This document shows positions 28,662-38,988 of a stretch of 64,000 nucleotides of DNA, one piece after another; position 1 is the first letter of the stretch, and each line of letters starts with the position of its first letter. Below the pieces are notes generated by a model that saw only the letters and a list, made by a program, of their open reading frames with translations, was not told the origin of the DNA and searched no databases. A program made the translations under genes and the position numbers. The stretch is taken from the NCBI GenBank assembly GCA_964487785.1, contig CAZASU010000003.1:353-64352 (forward strand), in the 5' to 3' direction. Source of the stretch: an uncultured Gemmatimonadaceae bacterium. Its GTDB lineage: Bacteria > Gemmatimonadota > Gemmatimonadetes > Gemmatimonadales > GWC2-71-9.

Positions 28662-28705
28662 TGGGCGTGTTAAGACTATACCGGCTTGCGTCCTGCGGAA
28701 ATCGG

Positions 28706-28818
28706 CAAGGAGTCATTGCGAGGGCGCTTGGCGCCCCGAAGCAATCCAGCCGCCGGGACTGCGGAGCTGCGGGATCGCCACGCGGGCCTGCGGCCGCGCT
28801 CGCGATGACTGGCTCCCT
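28706..28818. repeat. structured intergenic palindromic element (GTCATTGCGAG...CTCGCGATGAC type)
   Basis: Outer stem gagtcattgcgagggcgc / gcgctcgcgatgactg encloses ...ccccgaagcaatcc... Lies in the divergent gap between starts at 28661 and 28853. Confidence 0.6.
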
Positions 28819-28852
28819 TCAGTTGGCCCGATCGTTGCCTTAGACTCGCTCT

Positions 28853-29650
28853 ATGACCGACTCCAGCTACCCCCCGCTCTCTATCGTAGACCTCCACAGT
28901 CATCTCGTGCCCGGTGTGGACGACGGTACCAGCACGGTGGCCGAGTCGCTCACCGCCCTGGCTGGACTCTATCAGGAAGGGGTCCGGGCGGTGGTGACCA
29001 CGCCGCATCTCCTTGTCCCGCACCTCGGCAGCGAGGCGGCCATCGACAGGGAGCTGGGCCTGCACCGTCGGGCATTCGACGAGCTGTCAGCCGCCTGGAC
29101 GGACCACGACGACCTGCCCTCGATCGCGCTCGGGCAGGAGATCTGGGCGCCCGACGCGGCCGCCGTGCGGCGAGTCGTGAGCCGGAGCGACATCGGATTG
29201 GCGAGCGGCAGGTTTCTGCTGGTGGAGTTCGGTTTTGATCTTCTGGGCAACCACAACGACGTGGTACGTACGGTTCACTGGGCGGGACGGCAGATCGTCA
29301 TCGCACATCCGGAGCGGTACCGCTATCTCGAGGGCCACAATCCTCTCGAGGTGATGCGAACCTGGCAAGAGCTCGGGGCCCTGCTGCAAGTCAACGTGGG
29401 AAGCCTCACCGGCCACTACAACCGTTCGAGCCCCGGATCGGAGCGCCTGGCCTGGCAGATGATCGAGCAGGGTCTGGTGGATGTTCTTGCCACCGATCAC
29501 CACGGTCCCCGGCGGTCTGGAGTCTCCCCTCGCGAAGCCCTCGATACGCTGATCGCCCGCGGCGAGCGGGCGCTGGCCGAACGGGCGATGGCGGAAACCC
29601 CGGGGTTGATCGTGCGGAATGAGGTCGTCGGCTCACGTCTCCCGCGGTAG
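28853..29650 (+). CDS. CpsB/YwqE-type PHP-family protein-tyrosine phosphatase
   Basis: 265-aa ORF. IVDLHSHLVPGVDDG, HPERY and ATDHHG motifs. Confidence 0.8.
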   Translation: MTDSSYPPLSIVDLHSHLVPGVDDGTSTVAESLTALAGLYQEGVRAVVTTPHLLVPHLGSEAAIDRELGLHRRAFDELSAAWTDHDDLPSIALGQEIWAPDAAAVRRVVSRSDIGLASGRFLLVEFGFDLLGNHNDVVRTVHWAGRQIVIAHPERYRYLEGHNPLEVMRTWQELGALLQVNVGSLTGHYNRSSPGSERLAWQMIEQGLVDVLATDHHGPRRSGVSPREALDTLIARGERALAERAMAETPGLIVRNEVVGSRLPR

Positions 29651-30868
29651 TGCGCTCGTCCCGATCGCTTGAAGCAGCAGAGCGGTCGGACCCGGCGAGG
29701 TGGCACCCCCGGCAGCGACGGCGGCCTCGATCTGCTCCTTGATCCGGCGCCGGAGCGCGCCGTACGCCTGGCTGGAGGCCGGATCTTCGAATGCGATAGC
29801 CGTGCCTCTCACCTTGTAGGCGCCCGCCTGAGCATCCAGTACACCCAGAATACTATCGACGGCGACGACCAGCGATCCGCTGACGAGCTCCAGCGTGGGC
29901 GTCTCCTTGCGGAGAGGCCGCTCGTGCCACTCCAGCACATCTTTCGGAGTCCAGCGATGGAGCTTGGAAAGCTGATTCACTGAGTCCTGAAACGCCTCCT
30001 CGATAGCCGCCTGCTGCTGCCGGTAGACCCGGATGAAGTTCACGGCTCCCGCCAGGCTCAGCCTGGTCTCGGTCACACCGCCACCTGGACTGAGCCGACC
30101 CCGCGCGAACAGTCGATTGAGCCGAGCCACTCGCATCCCAGCTCCGAGCTTCGCGCTGACCTCATCGCTGGCGGTCTCATACCCGTGGAGAAGGGCATGG
30201 ACCGTGTTGGCCTTCGCCGGCTTCGAGGCCAGGCCAGCCGGCTGCAATGCCGAACGCAGAGCCTTGGTGCGAAGCCTCGGCGCTCGGGGAAGAGCTGGCG
30301 CCACCTCTTCGGCCGGAGCGGGCAAGGCGATCGTGTGGGACGCCGGCTCCGCCGTCACGGGCCACACGGTTCTGCTGCTGGCAAGTGAGACGAGCTCAAG
30401 GACGTCAGCCCCTCTCTCGGCCCTAGCCGCCGCTGGCTCCCGATGCCGCGTGATGGCCACCGCCCGCCCCTGCCCGGCCCACGGCGGACGCGGACCGGAG
30501 GAGGCGAGCTGGATGCCAAGGACCAGTAACAGGGCGGAAAGACCGAGTCCCATCGGGCGCTTCCAGCGATGCCGCACGCTTCCGGTTGCGGGCTCCCCAT
30601 CCAATGAGGACATCTCGGCCGCTTGGCCCGTCAGCCCGGCGGGGATTAGTCCCCATGCCTTGCGGGCGGGCCGCGCCATGGGCTCGTCCCTCTGTCCCGC
30701 TACGATCGCTTTGTACTGGGGGTGAAGCGTGATCGAGATCCACTTCGCGGTGGCCCGATGATAGATGCGTGAACGCGAGTCCACATCGCCGTCGCGAATG
30801 GCTATGGCCAGATCGTCTCCGGTCCGGTAGAGCTCTTCCTTGCCTGGCCTGAGTTCGACGAGATACAT
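29633..30868 (-). CDS. hypothetical single-pass membrane protein
   Basis: Within ORF 29633..30877 (start MYLVELRPGKEELY). One hydrophobic segment, GLGLSALLLVLGIQL. No catalytic motif recognised. The 3' end overlaps cpsB-like by 18 nt. Confidence 0.5.
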   Translation of the reverse strand: MYLVELRPGKEELYRTGDDLAIAIRDGDVDSRSRIYHRATAKWISITLHPQYKAIVAGQRDEPMARPARKAWGLIPAGLTGQAAEMSSLDGEPATGSVRHRWKRPMGLGLSALLLVLGIQLASSGPRPPWAGQGRAVAITRHREPAAARAERGADVLELVSLASSRTVWPVTAEPASHTIALPAPAEEVAPALPRAPRLRTKALRSALQPAGLASKPAKANTVHALLHGYETASDEVSAKLGAGMRVARLNRLFARGRLSPGGGVTETRLSLAGAVNFIRVYRQQQAAIEEAFQDSVNQLSKLHRWTPKDVLEWHERPLRKETPTLELVSGSLVVAVDSILGVLDAQAGAYKVRGTAIAFEDPASSQAYGALRRRIKEQIEAAVAAGGATSPGPTALLLQAIGTSALPRET

Positions 30869-31291
30869 GGGACACACTCGATTTGGTTCACGAGCCCTGA
30901 CGCGGGAGACGGCGGGGCCCTCGGTAGAGGAGGAAGCTGGACGCTGTCCGGTTACTGGTGTCGCGATTCTGATGAGCCAGATCCGTGCTTATTTGAGTCG
31001 GACCGCCGGTTCGGCCTTGGCCCTGCTCCATCGGCGCTTACTAACCTCAAACGCGGTAACGTATTACCAATACTCAGTGCGCCAGGGCACGGTCCTGATT
31101 GGGTCTTGGAGCGTGGGCATCGCCTCCCCTCGTCGCCAGGGTACGAGGTGCGTTTTTCGACCGTCGGTGGTGTAATGCAAGATGTTTCCTTCCTCCGCTC
31201 GATCGATTAGAGTGCGGGACGTCCCCGTTTTGGACCGGCAGGTCCCAAACGCCATTTTGCCCGATTTCAGCGAGAACTCGCCCCCTGCCGG

Positions 31292-31927
31292 GTGGCGATG
31301 GGAGGGTTCATGATCACACAGCACAGCAAAAGCAACGATCCGACTAACGCCTGGTCCGAAGACGGCGGGCGGAGAGGGCCCGGCGCCGGGTCTCTGCTCA
31401 TGGCCGCGCTTCTCGGGGTGGGCGTTGGCCTGCTCGCCGCGCCACAGCCCGGAACCAAGACCCGCAAGCTCCTCCTCAAGCGTCTCGCTGCTCTCGGTGA
31501 GGGCATGGGGGAGGGGCTGGAAGACGTTCAAGAGGTGAGCAGTAAGGCACGTAAGCGGGTCAAACAACGGCTGGAGAAGTTGCGCGAGGACGCCGGAGAC
31601 GAATGGGAGGATGTGGAAGGTCGCTGGAAGAAGGCCAAGCACCGGATACGGGACCTGGAATTCGGAGAGGAAGAGGACTCGGGGTCGTTCGGCAAGCTGC
31701 TCGCCCTGGCCGCCGGACTGGCGGCAACATACTTCCTGACGAGTGAGCGAACCGCCACCGCGCGCGACCGGGTGCAGGATGTGGCCGCGGATGTCGGACG
31801 CCGTGCCACCGACCAGTGGGACCGGTTCCAGCGTGGCGGAACGCGTGGCCGGCGGGAGAGCAACGAGGGTCGATCCGAAACCCGTGCCGGCTCCTCACCG
31901 TCTGATGAGGCCCCCCAGGCAAGCTGA
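31292..31927 (+). CDS. YtxH-domain protein
   Basis: 211-aa ORF; start ambiguous (GTG 31292, ATG 31298 or ATG 31310). LLGVGVGLLAAPQPGTKTRKLL matches the YtxH signature. Charged coiled C-terminal part. Confidence 0.65.
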   Translation: MAMGGFMITQHSKSNDPTNAWSEDGGRRGPGAGSLLMAALLGVGVGLLAAPQPGTKTRKLLLKRLAALGEGMGEGLEDVQEVSSKARKRVKQRLEKLREDAGDEWEDVEGRWKKAKHRIRDLEFGEEEDSGSFGKLLALAAGLAATYFLTSERTATARDRVQDVAADVGRRATDQWDRFQRGGTRGRRESNEGRSETRAGSSPSDEAPQAS

Positions 31928-31999
31928 GGCGGCGGTTTTCGGCCTGCCAGTGAACGGCCCCGGGATGCGGGGCCGTTTCTTTATCCATAGCCGAGGGGC

Positions 32000-34099
32000 A
32001 TGATCGACTGGCACAGACCCATCGAGTGGCTGGCGCAAGGCGAGCGGAGGTGGCGCCGCCTCGGGTTACTAATGCTGGGACTCGGGCTGACCTTCGTCCT
32101 GGTGCTGATCTCGTGGGTGGGCACCTGCGGCTTTTATGGTTGCCCCTCGACCGCCCAGATTCAGGCGTTCCGGCCAAGCGAAGGTAGCCGGGTCCTGGAC
32201 CGCTCGGGCAAGCTGATCGGGCGGCTCACCTATGTGCGCCGCATCAACGTGCCGGTCAATAGCGTACCCCGATCGGTTCGCGCTGCCTTCGTCGCCACCG
32301 AGGATCGCCGTTTCTACTATCACGGCGGCGTCGATTGGCGAAGTGCCGGTCGCGCGCTGGTTCGGAATCTCTCCGAGATCAGCGTACGCGAAGGATTCAG
32401 CACCATCACCATGCAGCTAGTGCGTAATGCGTTCCTGCCCCACCTCTCGAACGAGCGCAGCCTCCGGCGGAAGCTCATCGAGCTGGAGCTGGCGCGGCGC
32501 CTGGAACGTACCCTCACCAAGCAGCAAATTCTCGAGACGTATCTCAACATCATCTATCTCGGAAACGGGACCTACGGCGTCGAGGCCGCCAGTCGTGATC
32601 TGTTCGGCAAGAGCGTCGGCCGGCTCTCGCTGGCGGAGGCAGCGACGCTGGCCGGTCTGGCGAAAGGTCCATCGTTGTACGCCCCTCGACGCCATCCGGA
32701 TAGAGCGCGGGCGCGGCGCGACCTGGTCCTGTCACTCATGGCGCAGGAGGGCTACATCACGTCCGAGCTGGCGGCGCGCACCCGGCAAGAGCCTCTCCGA
32801 CTGGCTCGGGCGGAATGGCGCCCACCCCAGAATCAATCGTACGCACTCGACCCCATTCGCCAGGCAGTCGATTCGGTGCTGGGCCGCGACGCCGCAACCG
32901 CTGGAGACCTCGTCGTTCACTCGACGCTCGACGCTGAAGCCCAGCAAGCGGCCGAGCGCGCAGTCCGAATACAGGGAGCCGCCATCCAGCGGCAGGCTTT
33001 GCGCTCTCGCTCCAAGGCGGAGATCGAGGGCGCAGTGGTTGCGTTGGATCCGCGCACCGGTGAGATCCGAGCCCTGGTCGGCGGACGGCGGTCGGTTCGC
33101 CGCGGCTTCAACCGAGCGCTGGCTGCCCGGCGGCAGCCGGGATCGGCCTTCAAGCCGTTCGTCTACGCGGCAGCGCTCGCTGCCGGCTACAGCCCCGCCA
33201 CCATCCTCGATGACTCGCCGGTCGAGGTCGAGGATGTCGGCAGGATCTGGCGACCGGAAAACTTCGGTGGCGAGTACGGAGGTCCGCTGACGTTGCGCAG
33301 GGCACTGATGCGCTCCGCCAATGCCGCAACCGTACGGCTGAGCCAAGCGGTAGGGGAGAAGCGGGTGGCCGCGCTCGCGCACCGATCAGGCATTCAGAGC
33401 CGAATGGACGCGGTCCCCTCCTTGGCGCTCGGCGCGCTCGAGGTAACCCCGCTGGAGCTGGTGGCCGCCTATGCGCCCTTCGCCAACGGAGGCGTCAGAG
33501 TGCAGCCCTCCATCGTGAGCCGGATCGAGGCCGCCGATGGCACTGTGCTGTGGCGAGCGCCTTCCAGGGAGGCGGAGCAGGTGCTCGGCCGCGCCGAAGC
33601 ATTCCAGATCACTTCCATGCTTCAGTCGGTGGTCGATGGGGGCACCGGCCGCGTGCTCCGCCGGATGGGGGTACGCGGACCGGTGGCGGGGAAGACAGGA
33701 ACCACCAACAACGGTGCCGATGTCTGGTTCATCGGCTACACCCCGACACTGGTAGCGGGCTTCTGGTTCGGATATGACTCACCCCGGCCGATCTCATCCA
33801 ACGCCTCGGGGGGCCGCCTCGCGGCGCCGGCATGGGCGACGTTTTATCTGGACGGATGGCACGAGCGGTCGCCAGCCGGATCCTGGCGCCCGCCGGCCGG
33901 TTTGATCGAACGCAGCATTGATGCCTCAAACGGCGAGCTGGCCAATGAATGGTGCCCCGACACCCAGCGAGAATGGTTCAAGGCCGGTACCGAGCCGACC
34001 AGCATCTGCCGGACCCACAATGCTCCGCTCCTCGACCAGCTCGAGGAGCTCGGCCGCAGGATCGGTAAGGTATTGGAGCGGATTTTCGAGGGACTTTAG
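32000..34099 (+). CDS. class A penicillin-binding protein (PBP1A-type glycosyltransferase/transpeptidase)
   Basis: 699-aa ORF. GT51 motif ATEDRRFYYHGG. Transpeptidase motifs GSAFKP (SxxK), RSAN (SxN) and KTGTT. Confidence 0.9.
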   Translation: MIDWHRPIEWLAQGERRWRRLGLLMLGLGLTFVLVLISWVGTCGFYGCPSTAQIQAFRPSEGSRVLDRSGKLIGRLTYVRRINVPVNSVPRSVRAAFVATEDRRFYYHGGVDWRSAGRALVRNLSEISVREGFSTITMQLVRNAFLPHLSNERSLRRKLIELELARRLERTLTKQQILETYLNIIYLGNGTYGVEAASRDLFGKSVGRLSLAEAATLAGLAKGPSLYAPRRHPDRARARRDLVLSLMAQEGYITSELAARTRQEPLRLARAEWRPPQNQSYALDPIRQAVDSVLGRDAATAGDLVVHSTLDAEAQQAAERAVRIQGAAIQRQALRSRSKAEIEGAVVALDPRTGEIRALVGGRRSVRRGFNRALAARRQPGSAFKPFVYAAALAAGYSPATILDDSPVEVEDVGRIWRPENFGGEYGGPLTLRRALMRSANAATVRLSQAVGEKRVAALAHRSGIQSRMDAVPSLALGALEVTPLELVAAYAPFANGGVRVQPSIVSRIEAADGTVLWRAPSREAEQVLGRAEAFQITSMLQSVVDGGTGRVLRRMGVRGPVAGKTGTTNNGADVWFIGYTPTLVAGFWFGYDSPRPISSNASGGRLAAPAWATFYLDGWHERSPAGSWRPPAGLIERSIDASNGELANEWCPDTQREWFKAGTEPTSICRTHNAPLLDQLEELGRRIGKVLERIFEGL

Positions 34100-34107
34100 T
34101 TGCGGTC

Positions 34108-34818
34108 CTACAACGTCGGCGTCACCCGTGCGGAAAGAACCTTGAGCTGCCGGGGAGGCAGGTAGTGAAGCAGCTGTTGGCGGACGTCCGCTGCCTCGCG
34201 AAGTACTTTGCTGGGGTACTGCCTGCAGCTTGGAGTAGCCCTGCTACGGATGCAGCCATTGTAGCGTAAGAGCGCCGAGCGGACATCCTTGGTTCGCTTC
34301 AGATAGCCGGCGAAGACGCGGGCCCCGTGGCAGATGTTGGCTTCCACCTGAAGCAAGTCGTCGGAGTCGCAGTCGAATACGCCGGCGTGAAAGCGCATTA
34401 CCTGCATCAGCCCGACTGCCCCCTTGTTGCTCACCGTCTCGGGCTCCAGCCGCGCGTTCTCCGTAATGAGCACACCGGCCAGCAGGCTGGGGGGAATGTG
34501 GAGCTCCCGGGCTTCCTTCACGATGGCCCGTGCGACGCGGTTCGCGATCTCCGGCCCTGTCCGACGCCGGAAGATCTGGGCGAGCGGAAGGTGATCGTAA
34601 CGGCTGACTACCTCGCCTTCCAGCGTGGCGCTGTCCACCTGAACCGTCGGCACCGCCGTCGCGTGTGGCGCCAGGATGCCGGCAAACGGCGACGAGTCGA
34701 GTTGCGCCGTTGGCGTCAACAGCAACGCGCCGGCGAACCCCGCGGCGGCCAGGAACGTCACGAACGGCCGGCTGGGTGTCCGAAGCGGACGGAGGAAAGC
34801 GGAACTGGGTCTGTTCAT
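34108..34818 (-). CDS. lytic transglycosylase (SLT domain) protein
   Basis: Within ORF 34108..34878 (start MNRPSSAFL). ITENARLEPETVSNKGAVGLMQVM, with the catalytic Glu and GLMQ motif. Confidence 0.75.
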   Translation of the reverse strand: MNRPSSAFLRPLRTPSRPFVTFLAAAGFAGALLLTPTAQLDSSPFAGILAPHATAVPTVQVDSATLEGEVVSRYDHLPLAQIFRRRTGPEIANRVARAIVKEARELHIPPSLLAGVLITENARLEPETVSNKGAVGLMQVMRFHAGVFDCDSDDLLQVEANICHGARVFAGYLKRTKDVRSALLRYNGCIRSRATPSCRQYPSKVLREAADVRQQLLHYLPPRQLKVLSARVTPTL

Positions 34819-35024
34819 GGTGCGGTCCAGGTATGCAAAATCCGGGCACAGTAGACTACGGGAACCCAGACGGAACAATTCATCTTCTGTGCATCAAATG
34901 ACTTAGCCGTCTGCAGCGGATGACATCACGGGCGATGTGCGGGGTCAAACGGGAGAGCGGGATGCGGACCCGGCAGGAGGATCTGCCAGAGGTGGGGCGA
35001 GCCGCGGTGCCGTGGTGGCGGGGA

Positions 35025-35942
35025 TCAGTCGGGCTGCATAGACCGCAAGAGCTTCATCATGGCCAAGTCATAGGGATCCGGCGAGGCATCGTCTTCCGCA
35101 ATGTCATAGTTCTGCTGTGGGGTCTCCAGGATGAGCGGTATTCCCGCAGTGCGCCGGTCGCGGAGCAGCCACTGGAAAGACTGGCGGCCGATCTTTCCGT
35201 CACCAATCAGCACGTGCCGGTCCTTGTTGGAGCCGAGTGCGCCCTCGCTGTCATTCAGATGAAAGAAGGAGGGCGCCATACCGGTGGCTTCCTCAAACTC
35301 GTCGAGCACCCGAGTGAGGTCCCGGTCTGAGCGCGTGATGTCATGTCCCGACGCGAGGAGGTGGCAGGTGTCGAGGCCATAGCCGGTACGAGGGCGGAGG
35401 CGAGCCGGCACGGAATGAAGGATCGCTCCCACTTCCGCGGCGGTCCGGCCGAGCGTCATGCCGGCGCCGGCGGTGTTCTCCACCAGGACCCGAGTGCCCC
35501 CCTCGACCGCCTCGAGCGCATCCGTGATGGCGCTCGCCACCCGCTCCGCCGCGGCTGCCCGGTCGCCGGAAGTCGCCGCACCCGGATGAAAGCAGACGCT
35601 TCCCACGCCTAAAGCAGTCGACCGCTCCAGCTCCTTGCGCAGGCCGGCGCGGGCGCGGGCCAGCTTGGTTTCGTCCTCCGTAGCCGTATTGAGCACATAC
35701 GCCCCGTGCACCACCACGTGCTCCGGAGCGATTTTCGCCTGGGTCAATGCCGCCCGAAAGCGCTCGATGCGCTCCGGCCGTATGGACGCCTTGTCGCCAT
35801 AGTATTGCGGTGGCGCGGTGAAGATCTGCAGGGCCCGCATTCCGGCATTGCCCGCCCGGAGAGCCGCCATGTGGATCCCGCCATTCGCCACCGTGTGTGC
35901 CCCAATGAACTGGTCCACCAGCATCTCCTTTCCCGGCCGCAT
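35025..35942 (-). CDS. nfo: endonuclease IV (AP endonuclease family 2)
   Basis: 305-aa ORF. Motifs HGAYVLN, FHPG, VENTAG, LDTCH and HLNDSEGALGSNKDRH..IGDGKIG. Confidence 0.85.
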   Translation of the reverse strand: MRPGKEMLVDQFIGAHTVANGGIHMAALRAGNAGMRALQIFTAPPQYYGDKASIRPERIERFRAALTQAKIAPEHVVVHGAYVLNTATEDETKLARARAGLRKELERSTALGVGSVCFHPGAATSGDRAAAAERVASAITDALEAVEGGTRVLVENTAGAGMTLGRTAAEVGAILHSVPARLRPRTGYGLDTCHLLASGHDITRSDRDLTRVLDEFEEATGMAPSFFHLNDSEGALGSNKDRHVLIGDGKIGRQSFQWLLRDRRTAGIPLILETPQQNYDIAEDDASPDPYDLAMMKLLRSMQPD

Positions 35943-36022
35943 TCGTGACGGTCGCCACAGACGACAGGGAGCAAAACCGCGATTATGCAGTAATTAGGAG
36001 CGCTACTTCAGAGGAGGTTAAC

Positions 36023-36631
36023 GTGGCCAGGGACAAGAACGAAGCCGTCAACAGCTACATCACCGACATGCTCGCGCTCGAGGATCACATCGAGAAGGCC
36101 CTCCGGGGACAGCTGGAGGACCTGGAGGACTATCCCGAGGTGGTCCGCGAGCTCAAGCCGATTCACCAGAAGATCGAGCACCACATCTCTGACCTCAGGA
36201 AACTGAGTGAGCGGCGAACGGCGAGCGGTCCGGCGGACATCATCAAGCGGGCGGGCTCGGCGGTGCTGGGACTCGGGGCCGCGGCCATCGACCTGGTGCG
36301 CCGCGAGGGGCTACCGAAGAATCTGCGGGATGACTACACGGCCTTCAGTCTGGCCACGATCGGGTACGTGATGCTCTACACCACCGGACTGGGACTCGAT
36401 GATCGGGAGGTGGCTGAGCTCGCCAAACAGCACTTCGCGGACTACGCCGAAGCCGTCACCCGGCTACACAACATCATACCGGCGGCGGTGATTCGGTTCC
36501 TCAAGGAAGACGGCTTACCGGTACGCGAGGACGTGCTGCCCGAGATCAGCCGGGCAATAGAGGCGGTGTGGAACTCGGAGTCAGCTCAGGCGCCACGGGC
36601 TGAAGAGGTATCGATCGGCCCGCGCCGTTAG
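36023..36631 (+). CDS. hypothetical helical protein (possibly ferritin-like/DUF892-like)
   Basis: GTG 36023 lies 5 nt after GAGGAGG, in frame with ORF 35945..36631. NSYITDMLALEDHIEKAL... No firm family assignment. Confidence 0.5.
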   Translation: MARDKNEAVNSYITDMLALEDHIEKALRGQLEDLEDYPEVVRELKPIHQKIEHHISDLRKLSERRTASGPADIIKRAGSAVLGLGAAAIDLVRREGLPKNLRDDYTAFSLATIGYVMLYTTGLGLDDREVAELAKQHFADYAEAVTRLHNIIPAAVIRFLKEDGLPVREDVLPEISRAIEAVWNSESAQAPRAEEVSIGPRR

Positions 36632-37292
36632 TGCGCTGACCGTTCCTCTCGCCATTTGCCCGATCGGGGTGATGCCGGCAAAAGAATAACCGTGCCGGCA
36701 TCACGTTCAGCGGCTCGAAGTCCTGGCGCACCAGGCCAAAGACCTGCTGAAGGTACGGCAGCACGGTGCGGGTGAACTGATAGACCAGAAACGCGCCGGT
36801 GGGGTGTAGCATCGAATGGGTCTTACGAAGGATGGTCTCCCGCACATGGGGCGGCATGGTCGTGTATGGGATACCGGAGATCACGTAGTCGGCCTGACGC
36901 AGGTTCAGGCGTGCCAACGCGGCATCGGCGTCGGCCGCCGAGCCGTGAACGACATGCAGCCGTTCGTCCCGCACCCTACCCCGCAGAAACCGGACAAAGT
37001 CGGCGTTCGTCTCCAGCGCAATGAGCACCGCGTCCGGCCTCATCCGCCGGAGGATCTCGGTGGTGAAGGTGCCGACCCCGGGCCCGTATTCCAGAAATAC
37101 CCGAGCCCGGGCCCAGTCAACTTCACTCAGCACCTTGTTGACGAGAAAGCGGGAGCTGGGGATCAAGCTACCAAGCATCTTCGGATGCTTGATGAAGTTG
37201 CGACTGAAGAGCAGGATCTGCGCCGAACGCGAGGTGTGCTGTGCGGGCACGGTGAGAGGTCTGCCTTTCACGAAAAGTCTTGCCCGACCCAA
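36546..37292 (-). CDS. class I SAM-dependent methyltransferase (COG3963 phospholipid N-methyltransferase-like)
   Basis: 248-aa ORF (TTG at 37292; GTG alternatives at 37271 and 37250). FIKHPKMLGSLIPSSRFL and SAM motif VFLEYGPGVGTFT. The last 86 nt overlap the convergent gene. Confidence 0.7.
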   Translation of the reverse strand: MGRARLFVKGRPLTVPAQHTSRSAQILLFSRNFIKHPKMLGSLIPSSRFLVNKVLSEVDWARARVFLEYGPGVGTFTTEILRRMRPDAVLIALETNADFVRFLRGRVRDERLHVVHGSAADADAALARLNLRQADYVISGIPYTTMPPHVRETILRKTHSMLHPTGAFLVYQFTRTVLPYLQQVFGLVRQDFEPLNVMPARLFFCRHHPDRANGERNGQRTNGAGRSIPLQPVAPELTPSSTPPLLPG

Positions 37293-37358
37293 CTGCCCGG
37301 CGCCGGACTCAGCCGGCGCCGGCGGGCGGATGAAGTGTGCGACGCGCCCGGAAGGAAA

Positions 37359-37574
37359 CTAGTGGTTCTTAGCAGTGTCCCTCTTCAGATCGCCTTCCTT
37401 GCTGACGGTATCCGCCCGGATCGTGGTGTCACTGGTGATGATCGTGGTGTCCTGGGTCGACCGGGTGGTGACGGTCGTATCGACCGATTCGGTCCGGCCT
37501 GAGTCCTGGCCGCGCCGGCTGTCACACGCGCTCAGCCCGACCACAAGCGCTAATCCTGCCAACAGCGTCTTCAT
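37359..37574 (-). CDS. small Thr-rich lipoprotein
   Basis: 71-aa ORF. MKTLLAGLALVVGLSAC lipobox. DTT(V/I)T-type repeats. Confidence 0.55.
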   Translation of the reverse strand: MKTLLAGLALVVGLSACDSRRGQDSGRTESVDTTVTTRSTQDTTIITSDTTIRADTVSKEGDLKRDTAKNH

Positions 37575-37787
37575 TTGCCCCCCTCGATGAGTTTGCTCCT
37601 GCCCAGACTTGGGCCATGCTTCCCGAGTCCGCCCTGTCGGACGGACTCAGATGGTGCAACCCAGCCGGCAACCGCCGCAGTGATTTGTCTCACCATTGTT
37701 TCCGTTGGTCGGTACCCGAGGGGCCCGCAAGTTTAGCCCGGAACCGGCGTCCCTGCAACGGTATACTCTCGAACGACCGGCCATTTC

Positions 37788-38357
37788 TCAATCCTCTACC
37801 CAACGGGTCAGCTCCGCCGCGGGCTTCCGGCGCCGGGGCGGATCCAGTTCGGCCGGATAACCGAGCGAGATAAGGCCTACCACCCGGAACCCCTCTGGAA
37901 CTCCAGTCAGCTCAACCAGCTCCGGGTCCCGCATCACGCCACCGGATTTAAGGTAGGTACCCAGGCCCAAAGATTCCGCCGCGATCATGAGGTTGGCAAC
38001 GGCCATCATCGTCGCGGCGTAGTCCTCCTCACGGGTAATCTCATCCGGATTGACCGCCGCCATTGCCACGATATAAACCGGGATCTCCCGAGCCTCCCGC
38101 CGTACCTTGTCGGCGCCGGCCAGGGCCTCTGGTGTGGCAGGATCGGAAAACCGCTTGAGCCGGTGCTTCGCCTGGATCTCGGCGAACCGGTCCTTGGCCC
38201 GGCCGGTGAGCACCGTGAAGCGCCAGGGCTCGGTGAGCTTGTGGTTCGGGGCGCGCACCGCACTGTCGAGCAGCCGCTCGACGACCTCACGCGGCACCGG
38301 GTCGGATCGAAAACGGCGCACCGACGTGCGCTGATTGATCGCGGTGATGGCATCCAT
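37788..38357 (-). CDS. nitroreductase family protein
   Basis: 189-aa ORF. AINQRTSVRRF...AVRAPNHKLTEPWRF is typical of the nitroreductase fold. Confidence 0.8.
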   Translation of the reverse strand: MDAITAINQRTSVRRFRSDPVPREVVERLLDSAVRAPNHKLTEPWRFTVLTGRAKDRFAEIQAKHRLKRFSDPATPEALAGADKVRREAREIPVYIVAMAAVNPDEITREEDYAATMMAVANLMIAAESLGLGTYLKSGGVMRDPELVELTGVPEGFRVVGLISLGYPAELDPPRRRKPAAELTRWVED

Positions 38358-38395
38358 GAATTGAATCTACCCCTGGAACGGCAAGTGCCGGAGGG

Positions 38396-38821
38396 CTAAT
38401 TCCGATTGCGATACAGCCGTGCCACATAGTTCAGCGCCACGACATCGTAGACTGCGTGAGCCACGATCGGCGCGGTCAGGCTGCCCTGAAACAGAAACAG
38501 ACCTCCGAGATACAGTCCCGCCAAACCGGCCAGGAGGGCATAGGCCGGGGTGATGAAGTGAGCCAGGCCGAACGCGGCACTGGCAACCACCAGCGCCCCC
38601 CCTTCCGGCAGCACACGAGCGAGCCCGACCTGCACCACGCCGCGAAAGAGAACCTCTTCGGCAACTCCGGCTAGAGCGGCCAGCAGGGCCAGCTCCACCA
38701 GAGAACGCGGGGCCAGCAGCGGCCCGAGCTGCTCGACAACCAGCGCCACCAGGCGGCGCATGGATTTCGCGCTGGTGCGCAGAGTCCAGCGGAGCCCCAG
38801 CAGCAGCGGCACCGCCGCCAC
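38396..38821 (-). CDS. CPBP (CAAX/Abi) family intramembrane metalloprotease; 5' end uncertain
   Basis: ORF 38396..38821 (GTG start). Motifs AEEVLFRG, FGLAHF and HAVYDVV. The frame is open a further 195 nt upstream and encodes another hydrophobic helix, but that stretch has no ATG, GTG or TTG. Confidence 0.7.
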   Translation of the reverse strand: MAAVPLLLGLRWTLRTSAKSMRRLVALVVEQLGPLLAPRSLVELALLAALAGVAEEVLFRGVVQVGLARVLPEGGALVVASAAFGLAHFITPAYALLAGLAGLYLGGLFLFQGSLTAPIVAHAVYDVVALNYVARLYRNRN

Positions 38822-38988
38822 GATCCCGGTCCCGAAGGCGGCGGGAGCAGGCTGGAGCTGATCCAGTGGCGAGATGTCGAGCCAGCGTCCCGCGCCCCAC
38901 GCCAGCAGCAGCAGTCCCGCCTCTCCGGCAATGGCGAGTCGAAGAAAGCCCGAGCCCTCTGAGAGGGATGAGCCCCCGTGAGGAGTGG

